This document shows, in pieces, positions 12,078 to 24,102 of a stretch of 64,000 nucleotides of DNA. The first letter of the stretch is position 1. Each line of letters begins with the position of its first letter. A program made the translations under genes and the position numbers. The stretch is from assembly GCA_000165425.1 (NCBI GenBank), contig CT868196.1, positions 1 through 64,000 of the forward strand, written 5' to 3'. Source of the stretch: Paramecium tetraurelia. Its lineage: Eukaryota. The notes below the pieces were generated by a model, which ran no database searches, was not told the DNA's origin, and saw nothing but the letters and a program-made list of their open reading frames with translations.

Positions 12078-13791
12078 ATGAGCAATAAAAAACCTTAATT
12101 TTCTAAAAAAACTTTACAGCTGGCTCAAAAATATGCTAAGTAACTAAGCCAAAAGGATGTAATAGAACTAAAAAGTGATGATGATAACGATGTAAATTTT
12201 TTTTCATATAGCTAGATTAAATCAGACGATGAAGTACTTAATATAGAAGATGATCAAAATGAATAAAACTCAGGTTAATAAGAGGACGAGTAATTTGAAG
12301 AATAATAAGGTGAAGAAGATGAGAATAATGTCGATGAAGAGGATGAAAATGATGAAGATTAAGATGTTGAATAAAATGAAGAAGATGATGAATAAAATGG
12401 AGATCAAGAAGAAGAAAATCAAGACGAAGAAGAAATAGTTGAATAAAAAGAGGAACCAAAAAAACAAAAGAAAATAAAAATATAGTAATAAGTTGAAGAA
12501 GAGTAAGAGTAGGAAGTTGAAGAAAATGAACTAGAATCTTATTAAGAGGAAGAGCAGTAAAATGATTAATTATTCGAAACTGATCTAAATGCTATCATGA
12601 ATAGAATTAATAAGATTATCGAAATACTAAAATAAAAAGAGTATGGAAAATTCAGTAGAGAAGAATTGCTTAATGAATTAAAGAAACATCTATGCACATA
12701 TTATGGATATAATTCAGATTTGATGTCACACTTTTCATCAATGTTCAAACCAGCTGAATTAGTAGCATTTTTAGATGCTAATGATGCTCCAAGACCAATA
12801 ACTATTAGAGTTAACACTTTAAGAACAAGAAGAAAGGAATTAGCCTAAACCTTAGTCTAAAGAGGAGTAAATTTAGACTCTGTTGGAGATTGGACCAAAG
12901 TAGGTCTAGTTATTTATGAATCTAAAGTTCCAATCGGAGCAACACCAGAATATTTATCAGGTCATTACATGCTTTAAAGTGCTTCATCATTCCTTCCAGT
13001 TTTGGCATTAGCTCCATAGATGAATGAACGTATTCTCGATATGGCTGCTGCTCCAGGAGGAAAGACTACATACATAGCATAATTAATGAAAAACTCTGGA
13101 GTTATTTTTGCTAATGATACAAGCAAGGATAGAGAAAAGGCATTATTCTATAACTTATAAAGAATGGGAGTAACAAATTGTATAGTCACAAATTATGACG
13201 GTCGTAAATTTCCTAAAGTTATGAAAAATTTCGATAGAGTTTTGTTAGATGCCCCCTGCACAGGATTAGGAATTATATCTAAGGATCCATCTATCAAAGC
13301 ATAAAAGTAGATGAGGGATATTTTAAAACATTCTCATTTATAAAAAGAATTAATATTATCAGCTATCGATTGTTGTAAGAAAGGTGGAATAGTAGTCTAT
13401 TCAACTTGTTCAGTTAGTGTACATGAAAATGAGGTTGTACTATAATATGCTTTGAATAACCGTCATGTAAAGTTAATTGAAACAGGTTTGGAAGTAGGAA
13501 ATCCAGGACTCTTGAAATTTGATGATAAAAAATTTCATCCTTCTATGAATTTGGCAAGTAAGGAAATACATATTAAATTTAGGACGTATATATCCTCATG
13601 TTCATAACATGGACGGATTCTTCTATGCAAAATTAAAGAAAATTAATCATGGCCCAATTAAAGAGGAAGTTAAGAGTGAAGTCTAAAAACCAGTGGTAAT
13701 GACAAAAAAGATGAAGAAAAAGGAGAAATAAATGGAGAAATTAAGATTGGGAGAAGCCAGAAAATAGTAATAATAACAACAGCAATAATGA
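12078..13791 (+). CDS. NOP2: Nucleolar rRNA m5C methyltransferase NOP2/NOL1
   Basis: Acidic N-terminus, [78 protein letters not shown]; one intron near 13558. Confidence 0.97.
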
Positions 13792-13829
13792 TTAATTTTT
13801 GTACATATGTTTAATTCGAAATGAGATAA

Positions 13830-14455
13830 TCAAGTTAATTATTACATAGAATGACTTACAGTCATATTTCTCTACGTCATTCTTCGTTTCATTAATCTTG
13901 CATCAATATTATTTTATTGGCTATCTAAATCTTCCTTCAATTTTTTTTCTAAATTCTCTCTCTCATCTGCATAATTATTCACCATATTTTACACCTTTAT
14001 TAAATTGTTTTATTTACATTTAAACTTTACTATTCAGCTTCATTATTAATTTTAATCATTAAATTCACCTATTAAACTCTTGCTTTTTTAATTTGAATTT
14101 AATCAATCTCATTGGTAAGCTTTTTTTCAGCAGTGAAACTAATTTTTGGAGGTTTTCTCATTGATTACTCTGCTATATCATTTTTTGTATTCATAATTAA
14201 CATCAAAGTTTTGGTCTCACTCAAGGCAGTTTAAATTTTCTCAAGAAAATAATATTTTATTGGGTCTTGTAAACTATCGAAATACTCAACACATTTTCTA
14301 GTGAATTTTCATACACATTACCTATACATTTGGACGGCTTGATTGACAATATCTATTTCTGGCTTCGTTTGTATTAATTGTTCTTACCTTAGTAAACTGT
14401 AATAGAATTGTTTGTCTGGTTTTTGCATAAAACATGCAGCTGAGTTTTTCTACAT
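13830..14455 (-). CDS. Hypothetical protein
   Basis: MQKNSAACFMQKPDKQFYYSLLRQEQ...KCVEYFDSLQDPIKYYFLEKIQ...; two tiny introns; TGA 13830-13832. Confidence 0.7.
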
Positions 14456-14499
14456 TTTATATGGTATATATATTTATTAAAAAACAATATAAAATATTT

Positions 14500-15108
14500 T
14501 CAATATAATCTTGAATTATGAAGTTTTTTTTATTAATGAATATCTTAATAGGATTTGTTAACTTAAAATGATTTGTTTCTCTATACTCTGATCTGATTGA
14601 AAAAGGCGGGAGAAAAAGTGCATTAACTAATTTCATTTTCCTCTTTTTGTTCTTTTAATTTTTTCAATTTTTTTTCTTTTTCCTCCATAAATATTTTGTT
14701 CCTTTCAATCACGCTCAATCCTATCCAACTATTATAATTTCTAGGTTTCTGAGTTTGATTAAAATTTAAATTTGAATTTTCTAAATAATGATTTGTAACA
14801 TTGAGGGAGGAATTTCTCAAATTGGTATTTAATTGCTAAGCAATTTTATCACTGCTCTTTTCGAAATCTACTTATCCTATTGATTTAAGTTTTGAGGCTG
14901 GAGTATCCCTTGTTTGCATAGTGAGATTTGCAGAAGGTGATCTCAAATAACCATGCATTTATACAAACACTTTTTTAACTTCGGATGGCTTCTTAATCAT
15001 CAAATTGCTTAGTCTTTCTAAGTTCTCCTATAATTAATCACTATTTTAATCTTGAAGCTAAATATAATTCTGCTATTTGTTCAAATATTATTATTAACTT
15101 CTATTCAT
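14500..15108 (-). CDS. Hypothetical protein (202 aa)
   Basis: Intronless 609-nt ORF in table 6 with ERNKIFMEEKEKKLKKLKEQKEENEISQCTFSP. Confidence 0.75.
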
Positions 15109-15527
15109 TTAAATTATAATTAATAATCACAAACTTTCCATTTTCTATTTATGTTTGAATTCTGAAATATCATAAGTCATCGAATCTACTTTGAATCAAA
15201 TCATATATTATAATATATATGGATATAGTCTTAATAACAATAACAAGTTAATTTAATAGAAGGTTATCAATTTAAGGTTTTATTTATACCAAATAAAATA
15301 TGAGATAACTTAATTGATTAATAAATTAACAAATAGAAAATCCATATTTTACGTGTAATTTTAAATAATCTAAGTTATTCCATCTCTAGTTTACAAAAAT
15401 ATTATATAAACTTAATGAAAGCAAATAATATATATGAAATTTAAGGAATTAACTTTTTGATAAATATTCTCTTTAAGTATAAGATGATTGATTCCACATA
15501 GAAAATTAGGATTTAATATAAAATAAA

Positions 15528-17182
15528 TCAATGAGTTGATTCTTCTAACTTTTCTAATATGTACTATTTTTTTTTAAGCCTTTCCTATATTAATTCCGAT
15601 TCTGACTTTTATGTGTGCCCTAAATTCTGGTATATTTGGTAAAATTACTTATTCTTTCATATCCAAGTCATACAATTCAGTAAGAGATGGTAAAATATCA
15701 TGAGGGTTTTTCTTTTTCACAGAAAGAATTTTTTCAATTCTTTCATGATTATCCCCTTATACTTTATAAGGCTCTGGCTAATAATTCACAGGAAGGTCCT
15801 TAATATAAGAGTATCTATAATTACAGCTCCATATTTCTTTTTAATATAAAACTAAGTGTAATTCTGTTTATGTATAAGAGTCTTAATGTCATGCATCGCT
15901 CTTTCGCTTTTAGATGATGTCAGAGGTTATCTATATGATGAACTAGAGGAATCTTCATAAGTCGTTGCATTTTATTATTGGATTCTAGGACTTATCAAAG
16001 TACTTTTTGCATCTCCAATAATAAAATTTTAAATTCTTGTCCTTTCTTTCATTCTCTTTAATTCTCCTTCCTTCTCTCCTTTTCGAATTGCACTCTACAT
16101 AGCCGAAGATTATATTCTTTCTATTTCGTTACTATGTAATCCTATTTATTTCAAAAGAACATTGTATTCCTTTTTTAGTTATATTATTAATTTATGTTCT
16201 TATTCAATTAACTTAGCTTTAAGTTATTCAGTTTATTTTTAATGTTTTCTTTCTAATTCATCCTTTTAGCGTTCAATACGTTTATTTTATTCTGAAGCAA
16301 CTCTTTGTTATTCTTATTTTTCCATATTTTTTAATTCTCTTCGAAAATCAAGGGCTTCTTCAACTCTTTCATCTAAAGATACTAATTTTTCTTGCGTTTA
16401 TAAGTCCTTTAATTTTCTCTTGGGCTTTACTTTGAGGAATTCTGTATTTTTTGACAATTTTTCTTCCAATTAATTCATTTCTTCTTATTACTAGATGATT
16501 TAGGTTTATCTACGGTTATTATTGAAATTACATTCTAATTTATTTTTGTTATTCAAAGTTTTAGAAGTAATTGTAATACTTCTCATAAAAATCATCCAAT
16601 TTTTCTAAACCTATTTCTTTGTATGTAGCAATTTCAGACTTATATATTTTTTTCCTTAGCACATCTTAATACTCGCAGATGTTTGTTTCCAAAGTCCTAA
16701 TTGACTTCATCAATTGTTTGAATGGGACATATTATTAGATTTATAATAATAAATTTGCAACTTATTGCATTTTTTCTTTGATTATACTAAAGACTAGAAT
16801 TTACTCATCTTCATTTAGATATCTATATGATCATCTATAGAATTACCCATCATTATCTTAATCGAATAAATCAAAAAAATCTTTTCCACTATTTACTTTT
16901 AGCATAGAATAGATATCATCTTTACAAGCATCAAACACTTAAAGAGCTGTTTTATAAGGTATTTAAACTTATGTAAAGTCATTCCTCCTAAACTCTTTCC
17001 AAATATTGGCACATTTTTAAGGAGCTGCCATAAATATTTCACCTAAAGCATTCTTTATAAAGAATACCTTCTGCTTAAACTTATCTGATGTAAGTTTTGG
17101 GTAAAGATGACAAAGCAGAATAGTTTGTTTGTTAGATCAATTTCGATGCATATAGTGATGATTTTGTTTCTGTCTAGAGCAT
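15528..17182 (-). CDS. EF-hand plus coiled-coil protein
   Basis: After removing two introns: FFDLFDQDNDGYLNEDEQILVF (canonical EF loop) then long coiled coil; TGA 15528-15530. Confidence 0.75.
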
Positions 17183-17191
17183 AATAAATTT

Positions 17192-17773
17192 ATGAAATAC
17201 GATTAAAAAATAAAGTAATTAGAGAAGTTCTTAATAATCAAAAAAGTGTCTGATAACCCTAAGTACAAAATTGTATTAATAACTATAAGATTTGGAGCAA
17301 AATAGAGCAATCGATTAATAATTAGAGAGCAAGCCATGAAAGCAAGACAAAATGAATTATAAGATGCAGTAAATAGAAATTTTGATTTGCTTGGATATGG
17401 TTATGAATTCAATAAAGTTGATAAGAAGAATGTCTTGCAAACAGAAAAATTTCTGAAACACTTTTTGGACTTGGATAATGAAGATGATCATCTTCCAAAA
17501 ATCAATAAGTATTAAACAACGAGAACAGAATTAACCTAAATATCAACTGAAGAAAGATTTCCTTAATTGATTAGTACTATTCCCACTCTTTATTGCAATT
17601 AGATAATGAAATCTTGTGAAACTGTTAAAGGGTATTGTTCTGTTTAAATAATGTAGTGATATTAAGAAACTAAAAAGAGTGAATAAGAAGACAATTAGAA
17701 CAAACTAATTCCAAATGAATAAAATGATCAATAGACTACAAACAATACAAACAACGAATTTTTTGAATAATGA
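17192..17773 (+). CDS. Hypothetical protein
   Basis: MKYDQKIKQLEKFLIIKKVSDNPK|FGAKQSNRLIIREQAMKARQNELQDAVNRNFDLLG...; intron near 17263-17289. Confidence 0.65.
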
Positions 17774-17803
17774 ATTGATTTTATTATGATATTAATTAAT
17801 TAA

Positions 17804-18687
17804 TCAAGAAAATCTAAAACCATTGTACATCAATGATTGATTAGTTTGATTTGTCTAATTCGTCTTGTATTCAACTTAATCATCCCAATTAGATCTTTAG
17901 TCACAAAATCCAGTCTCATTGACAGATATTGAATGATTGCGGGATCTCTATTATAAAAACGAAAATTTACGTGTTTTATTTTTTATATTGATTGTCGAAT
18001 GAATGAACTTTCTTACTCTGTTGTAGTCGTTAATTTCTTTTTTGTATTGTATAATTTATTTTAAATTTCTTTTATCTATTTCTCTAAATGAGGATTGATT
18101 CTATTCAAAAACCCACCAATTTCTGTCGAATCCTTCGTGATGATTTATTCTTCAAATTTATTGTTTGCTAATTATTGTAATTACTATGTTGTTCTTATTC
18201 TGGTAGTAGGATGGGATGGGCTTTAATTCCTTTTTCTACTCATATATATTCTATCATCTTCATATTGCGAGTTTAGTTAAGATTCATTTTGAGAATTATA
18301 ATTTTCCTTGTTATTTACTAGATATTCTAACTCGATAATTTTATTTTATAATCTCTCAATTTCTTTTTCATTATTTTTCATTATTGCTTTTATTTAATTT
18401 TCTTTTTCTTATATTTTGTTTTCTAATAGTTTATTCTCAATTTGCAAAGTATTTATTATTTATTATTGCTTTCCAATTTCACTCTATTCAAAGGACTTTT
18501 AGAACTTTTAAACTATGTTCTCATTTTAAGGTTAATTTAAGGTATTGATAAAGATTTCATTCATCTTTTTCAGGTTTTCCTCCCTTTCTTTTGCTTCTTG
18601 TATATACATTTCCTAAATTTGTATCTTTTGTAATAACATAGCTTTTTCATTCTTCCACTCAACAAATTACATTCTTTCCTCATTCAT
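17804..18687 (-). CDS. Hypothetical coiled-coil protein
   Basis: MNEERMQFVEWKNEKAMLLQKIQIQEMYIQEAKEREENLKKMNEIFINTLN...MYNGFRFS*. Confidence 0.7.
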
Positions 18688-18756
18688 TATTTTCAATTTT
18701 GAATATTTATATTAAATAATTATTTACTGTTATAATTATAAATATTGTATATATCT

Positions 18757-19341
18757 TCATTTTATGAATAAAATTATAACTATAAAAACTAAGATACAGA
18801 TGATCACAAATCTGTAGCCAACATTTGATTTTTGAGATTGTTAAGTTCTTGTCAACTCTTGAGATGCTTTTTAAGTTTTCTCTTCAGCATATGCAAAATC
18901 TTGTTCAACTTAAAATATTGAATCAACTTATTAATGAGCTAATTAAGATATTTTATCATAAATGCTTTAAACTTTACCCATATTTTTGTGGATACTTTGT
19001 AATCGCTACTTTCTATTATTCACATTTTCCTCAAACAACTGCACTTCTAATTGACGATCTTGATTATTTTCCAAAATTAAACTAATGTGTTCATCTTAAT
19101 AATTATATTCCATTTCCTACAGTTTCTTATTTAACGAAGAAAATTATTTCATATATCTCATAGTCTGATTTTCGTTTCCTGACTTTATTCTTTACTAAAT
19201 TAGTTTTTTTATTTTTTCTGATTGCTATTTACACTAATTTAGATATTATTGCTTTTCACTCTCCTTACAATCAGTGTCTACTAATAGGTAATGAAATTAA
19301 TCAATATTTTATTACAATTAATCATCATATTCATTGAACAT
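18757..19341 (-). CDS. Short syntaxin-like (Qa) SNARE, 194 aa
   Basis: SNARE motif RKQRLQSIHKNMGKVQSIYDKISQLAHQQVDSIFQVEQDFAYAEEKTQKASQEL followed by C-terminal TM FVIICILVFIVIILFIK*. Confidence 0.75.
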
Positions 19342-19744
19342 ATAATAATAAAATAAAGATTAATTTAATTACTTGCAAGAAATCAAATAAAATAAAATAG
19401 AGAAGAATTAAATATACCCCAATCTCTTAATTTGAACTTATATATTATACTTTCTTTATATTCTCTAAAAACATAATTAAAAATCAGAACAATTCAAAAA
19501 AAGGATAGCAAAATAGCTAGACTAAAAAGATTTGAGAACAAAATCGAGTAAATAATCAATAAATGTAATTAAAAGTAGTTATCTAAATCATTCAAGGGTT
19601 CTGTAATGATTTCAAAATAAATCAATATAAATACTATTTGCACTATACACAAATTAACCAATATAAATCTGACAGAAAAATTCAGTATTAATATATTTAA
19701 TCGTAGACTATTTATTAAAGAATTTTTATTAAATTGTAATATAA

Positions 19745-20068
19745 ATGGGTAAAATGGGACCAGCGTGGTTAATTAAGGCTGGAAGAACTAGATACAATAC
19801 TAAAATGTGTAAAATAGTTAAAATAACTAAACATAAAAGAGTTTAAGGTAGAGCCTGGAGGAGAAAACAATTCAATAAACGAAAAGTCTAAACATAATTA
19901 CAAAAAACATTAGTTGGACAATAAATTCATTTAAAGGGAGTTTTAGTACATAAAAAAGGACCTAATTGGCACAAGGGCAATAAATAATTACTAGAAAAAG
20001 AAAAGATAGAACTGGTTTAACTAAAAAGGGAATTAAAAAGGAATAAATTTAATAGAGATGAGTATTGA
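19745..20068 (+). CDS. Small highly basic protein (about 100 aa), function unknown
   Basis: MGKMGPAWLIKAGRTRYNTKM...GRAWRRKQFNKRK...HKKGPNWHKGNK...; 324 nt to TGA; possible in-frame intron. Confidence 0.55.
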
Positions 20069-20129
20069 ATTGAAAGTTCAACCTTTTGAAAAATTATTTC
20101 GATACTTAATTTATATTTTATTTTAATTA

Positions 20130-20921
20130 ATGATAGAAGACGGAGAGATTTCAGAACTATGCAAGATGTGTGGGAAACCAGATAAATATAAATGCCCTTA
20201 ATGCGAAACTAAGACTTGTTCCTTAGATTGTTGCAAAAAACATAAACAAATTTATAATTGCAATGGAATTCGAGATCCGACTAAATAACCAAATAAAATT
20301 TCAGAACTCCTAGTATAAAGAGATTATAATTATGTTAATGAAGTGATGAAAAATACGGAGATGATTTAAAAAAAATTAGTTGGAATCACAGCTTTACCAG
20401 ATGCAATGAGATATAAATTATTAAAACATTATGCAAGAAAAATGAATGTGGATGTTATTTTAGCACCAAAAATAATGAAAAAACACAGACAAAATTTATC
20501 ATTTTACTCAATAAAGGATAAATAAATTCATTGGTGTTTGGAATTATAGTATCTAAATGTGAGTTACGTTACAAAACCTATATCATAGAAGACAATCATT
20601 TTAGATGCAATTTTAGAGTAGGATTTATTCGATTCTAAATTATTAGATTAATACAAAATCAACACTTCATAGGAATCATTGAAAACTTTCTTTAAGGAAG
20701 GTAAGATCTAATTATGTTGGTAATCTTATGAGGTTCTTGACTTCACAGAATAAGATGAGTATAAGTTTAAGAATTAAAAAAAGAAATTAAACTAAGTAAA
20801 TAGTCATGAAAAATAAATTTTGTATATTGATCCTAAATTTACAATTGAATAAGTGATCAAAGGATACACGGTATTTGAATTCCCCAGTTTTGAAATCAAA
20901 TTTTTATTGTAACCTTAATGA
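20130..20921 (+). CDS. BCD1: Box C/D snoRNP assembly factor with zf-HIT domain (Bcd1/ZNHIT6)
   Basis: CKMCGKPDKYKCPQCETKTCSLDCCKKHKQIYNCNGIRD; RDYNY; PKIMKKHRQNLSFY..IHWCLE; TVFEFPSF. Confidence 0.9.
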
Positions 20922-21094
20922 TGTAATACATTACTTATAAACTATTACAATTTATAGTAATATTTCAAATAATTAAAAATTTCAAATAATTAAAGTGATT
21001 TCTGAAGCAATAATGTATTAATAAAGCTTTTACACTATTGTTTAGAGTATTTACAATAAAATGATAATTAAAATATATAAAATAACATATCTAA

Positions 21095-22037
21095 TCACTA
21101 TTGTTATGATCTTTTATTAAGAAAATCTTCAAATCCTTTCCAAAGGACACTGAATATTAATCCTTGTAAGCCATTTGTAAGAATTCTTGTTTTCAAACCT
21201 CTTCCAAATAATCCCTTTACGCCATCCTTTTCTAATACTAAGTTGACCGCTTCCTTATAAGTTATTGGGTTTTGGCTTGTTTGCTTTGTAGTTTTTATAA
21301 CTCTAAGAGAATTTGAGATTGAATCAGATATCACGGAACTACAAAATCCAATAAATGCTCTTCTGGCTAATTTTTTCTTCTTATCGGTATAATCAGGAAG
21401 TTTTTCATTTAAGAGATTGAAGGTGGCAAACCTAAAGATAAATAAAATTCAAATACCATGGATAATGCCCTACGATTGTAGCTGATGCTGTTGCCAAAGC
21501 ACCATGATAAAGTGCGGGTACTCCTTTGACTTTTATTTTGGATTAAAGAATAGTCAAACCATTTTTTCCTTCAACCTAAAGAATAGTTTTCACAGTATCA
21601 ATTGGAGTCAAGGCAATACGAAAAACTCCTGCCATAACTGATCCTCCAGCTGCTCTGATCATCACTGGCAAATTTCTTGTAGATTCAAATGAATCCATTA
21701 GTGTCAAGAATAGAGTGTTAGCAAACGTATCTCCAAATCTAGACAATGGTCCTTGTAATAATGCTGGTGCCAAACCTTAATTTTATGAAAATTCTTTACC
21801 TTTATAAAATCTCAAGATCCCTCCTTCACTATACAAATGTTTTAGTGTTCCAACAATTGTGCCTCCATAACGATACTAGTAATTCATAGTTGTTCTTAAC
21901 CACATTAAAGAACACACTTGAATAGCCATAGCCATGCTTCCTGATAGACCTGACCTAAATGCCTTGCTTGCTACTTCTTTGAAATTGAAAGTTGGATTAG
22001 TGTTCTTGTTTTAGCTATTTTTTGAGTCTTCAGTCAT
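21095..22037 (-). CDS. Mitochondrial carrier family protein
   Basis: [69 protein letters not shown]; tiny introns. Confidence 0.92.
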
Positions 22038-22416
22038 TCGATAAATTTATTATTGAGATTCAAAATATTTTTTTAATTGCCTATAAATACAGGATTTGAA
22101 CAATTTTAATAATTAATTCCTTTGTCATTATTCGAAATTCCAAAAATTATTACTACTATATTTTTTAATTATTTTATATTTATTGAAAAAAATCAGCTTA
22201 AAATATAGTATTCATTTATAATCTGAGTTCAGGAACGCATATGTTAAATATTTTGAATTACTATTATAAATTCTGGAAATCTCATAAAATAAATGTTTCA
22301 AATCTAGAACTAAACACAAAGATTATTTTTAACTATTACATATAAGTAAAAAGTAGTGCGTTCTTGTTTATAATAATATAATCTTAATATATATGTATAT
22401 ATAAAATTCTTAAGAA

Positions 22417-23350
22417 ATGCTCTAAAAGAATAAGGATGAGTTTAGCCTAATGAACCTTAATCATCTAAGTCTGAATTTCAAATAGAAGATGATAGTCTCA
22501 TGAGGTTGTATTTATTTTTTCTATTAAGAATTTTTTTTAATAATAATTTTAATTGAAATCCAAAAAATTATCCCCTTGCTAATAGAATTTCAAATTTTAT
22601 TATAAGCCAAAAAACTAATACTAAATCCAAAATTTTCTTCTCTCAAACAAATACTAATAAGGTGAGATAAAAGTGATAATATTGTAATCCAAAAGAATTA
22701 TATTAAAATCTAAAAAATAGTTCCCCTTTTCTTATGAAAAAAATAAAACACTTTTATGAGGATTATTGATTTTCAAAAATCTTTTCACATATTTTCTAAT
22801 TCACCGCCTGATAGAAAGACTAGATGCATATGTTAATGATGCGATATCAAAGACATTTCTGTTGGAATCATCTCGTTAGTCTTTAAAAATTCATTGATAG
22901 AGAACTTGATTATTAATAGAAAAAGTTTTAATTAATTTTAACTAAAATCAAATAAATTATTCTTCTTTGATAAATCCGTCTCGAATAATAACTAGGATAA
23001 ATAAGATTAATTAATTAATAACTAATATGAAAAAGACATTCAATTTGATTAGAATTATTATCCAATTAAAAATCAACTAAATATAAGTTTTGCATAGATG
23101 ATCAAATAAAAAATGCAAATCAGAAAATTTATTCTACAGCTAATTAAGTTCTATTAAATAAATAATAGAATATAATGCTGTTTATTATATATATAAATTC
23201 TAAACTTTAAATAGCGATTAGTAAAAGGCAACATTCATTCTAATCCGATCATTAATTTATTTGATATTCAAGAGAAAGATTTAAGATAAGCTCTGAATAT
23301 TGTATTCTGATTTATTTAATTATGGCAAGTTGTAAAAGATGCATATGAGT
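22417..23350 (+). pseudogene. Probable decayed gene
   Basis: Coding-like frame (FSNSPPDRKTRCICQ*CDIKDISVGIISLVFKNSLIENL...) interrupted by in-frame TGAs; no complete model. Confidence 0.35.
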
Positions 23351-23595
23351 TTTCGATAAATTAGGAACACAGTGGAGAAAGAGAAGATTAAATGTTTATT
23401 TTTAATAATTAGTGAAATAGAGTATGAATATTATATATAAGTATTAACTTAGTTTATAGTTTTGAATCCAAGCAGCAAAAGGCAGTTTTGATGATTTAAA
23501 TATAGATTTTCAAATAAATAGATTTGAATTAGATTATATTAAAAAGTGTCTTTGATTGCGTAATAAAAACAAAGGGGATGATAAATTATAAACAC

Positions 23596-24067
23596 TCATT
23601 TAATTTTTCCATACTATTGCCTTAAGAAATCTGATTAGTATTAAGTAATGACCACCTATTTTTTTGGTTTCTTATTCTGAGCAGAGGGGGTAGCATTTTA
23701 ATTGGTAGTTTACAATGGCTATTGCAAATATTTTTCAGGTATGTTCATGTATTTCATTCTCACTGTTTTTATTAATATTTTATACTTTGATCTACTATTC
23801 TTCTGAGTTCAGAAATCTCTAATAAGCAATCCTCTTCCTCCTCTGTAATGGTTTTTCTGGGACTATCAATTTAATTTTCTTCTTCAATTTGCTCTTCAAT
23901 AGCTGCATAATGTACATAATTATATGAGTACGTGATTGTGGGAAATATAAGGCAGTTTTTTCATATCTAGGAGAGATGGTAATTTCTTTTTGTTGGCTGG
24001 TTAACTATTGATATGCCAGAATCAAATCTGATGCTACTTTTGATATATTTGGAGCATTCTTCTTCAT
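23596..24067 (-). CDS. Hypothetical protein
   Basis: MKKNAPNISKVASDLILAYQQL...FPQSPIEEQIEEENQIDSPRK...; two introns (29, 23 nt) restore frame. Confidence 0.65.
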
Positions 24068-24102
24068 CGTTAATTTGTAATATTATTATAATATTAATTA
24101 AA

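Noticed and set aside
12238..12467. Overlapping His-, Lys/Met- and Phe/Ile-rich ORFs
   Set aside because: Off-frame and antisense shadows of the acidic GAA/GAT-rich NOP2 N-terminus
19809..20130. Spliced read-through joining the small basic ORF to BCD1
   Set aside because: Needs a speculative 31-nt intron; BCD1 has its own ATG just before the zf-HIT domain and the linker looks intergenic
20962..20996. Direct repeat ATTTCAAATAATTAAA x2
   Set aside because: Short AT-only tandem duplication between convergent 3' ends; no further units, not CRISPR-like
22231..22365. GAACGCA...TGCGTTC inverted pair as MITE or retained IES ends
   Set aside because: Only 7 bp, with no IES end consensus or target duplication
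23950..23975. In-frame TGA suggesting selenocysteine or readthrough
   Set aside because: A different start (24067) plus a 29-nt intron gives a stop-free model
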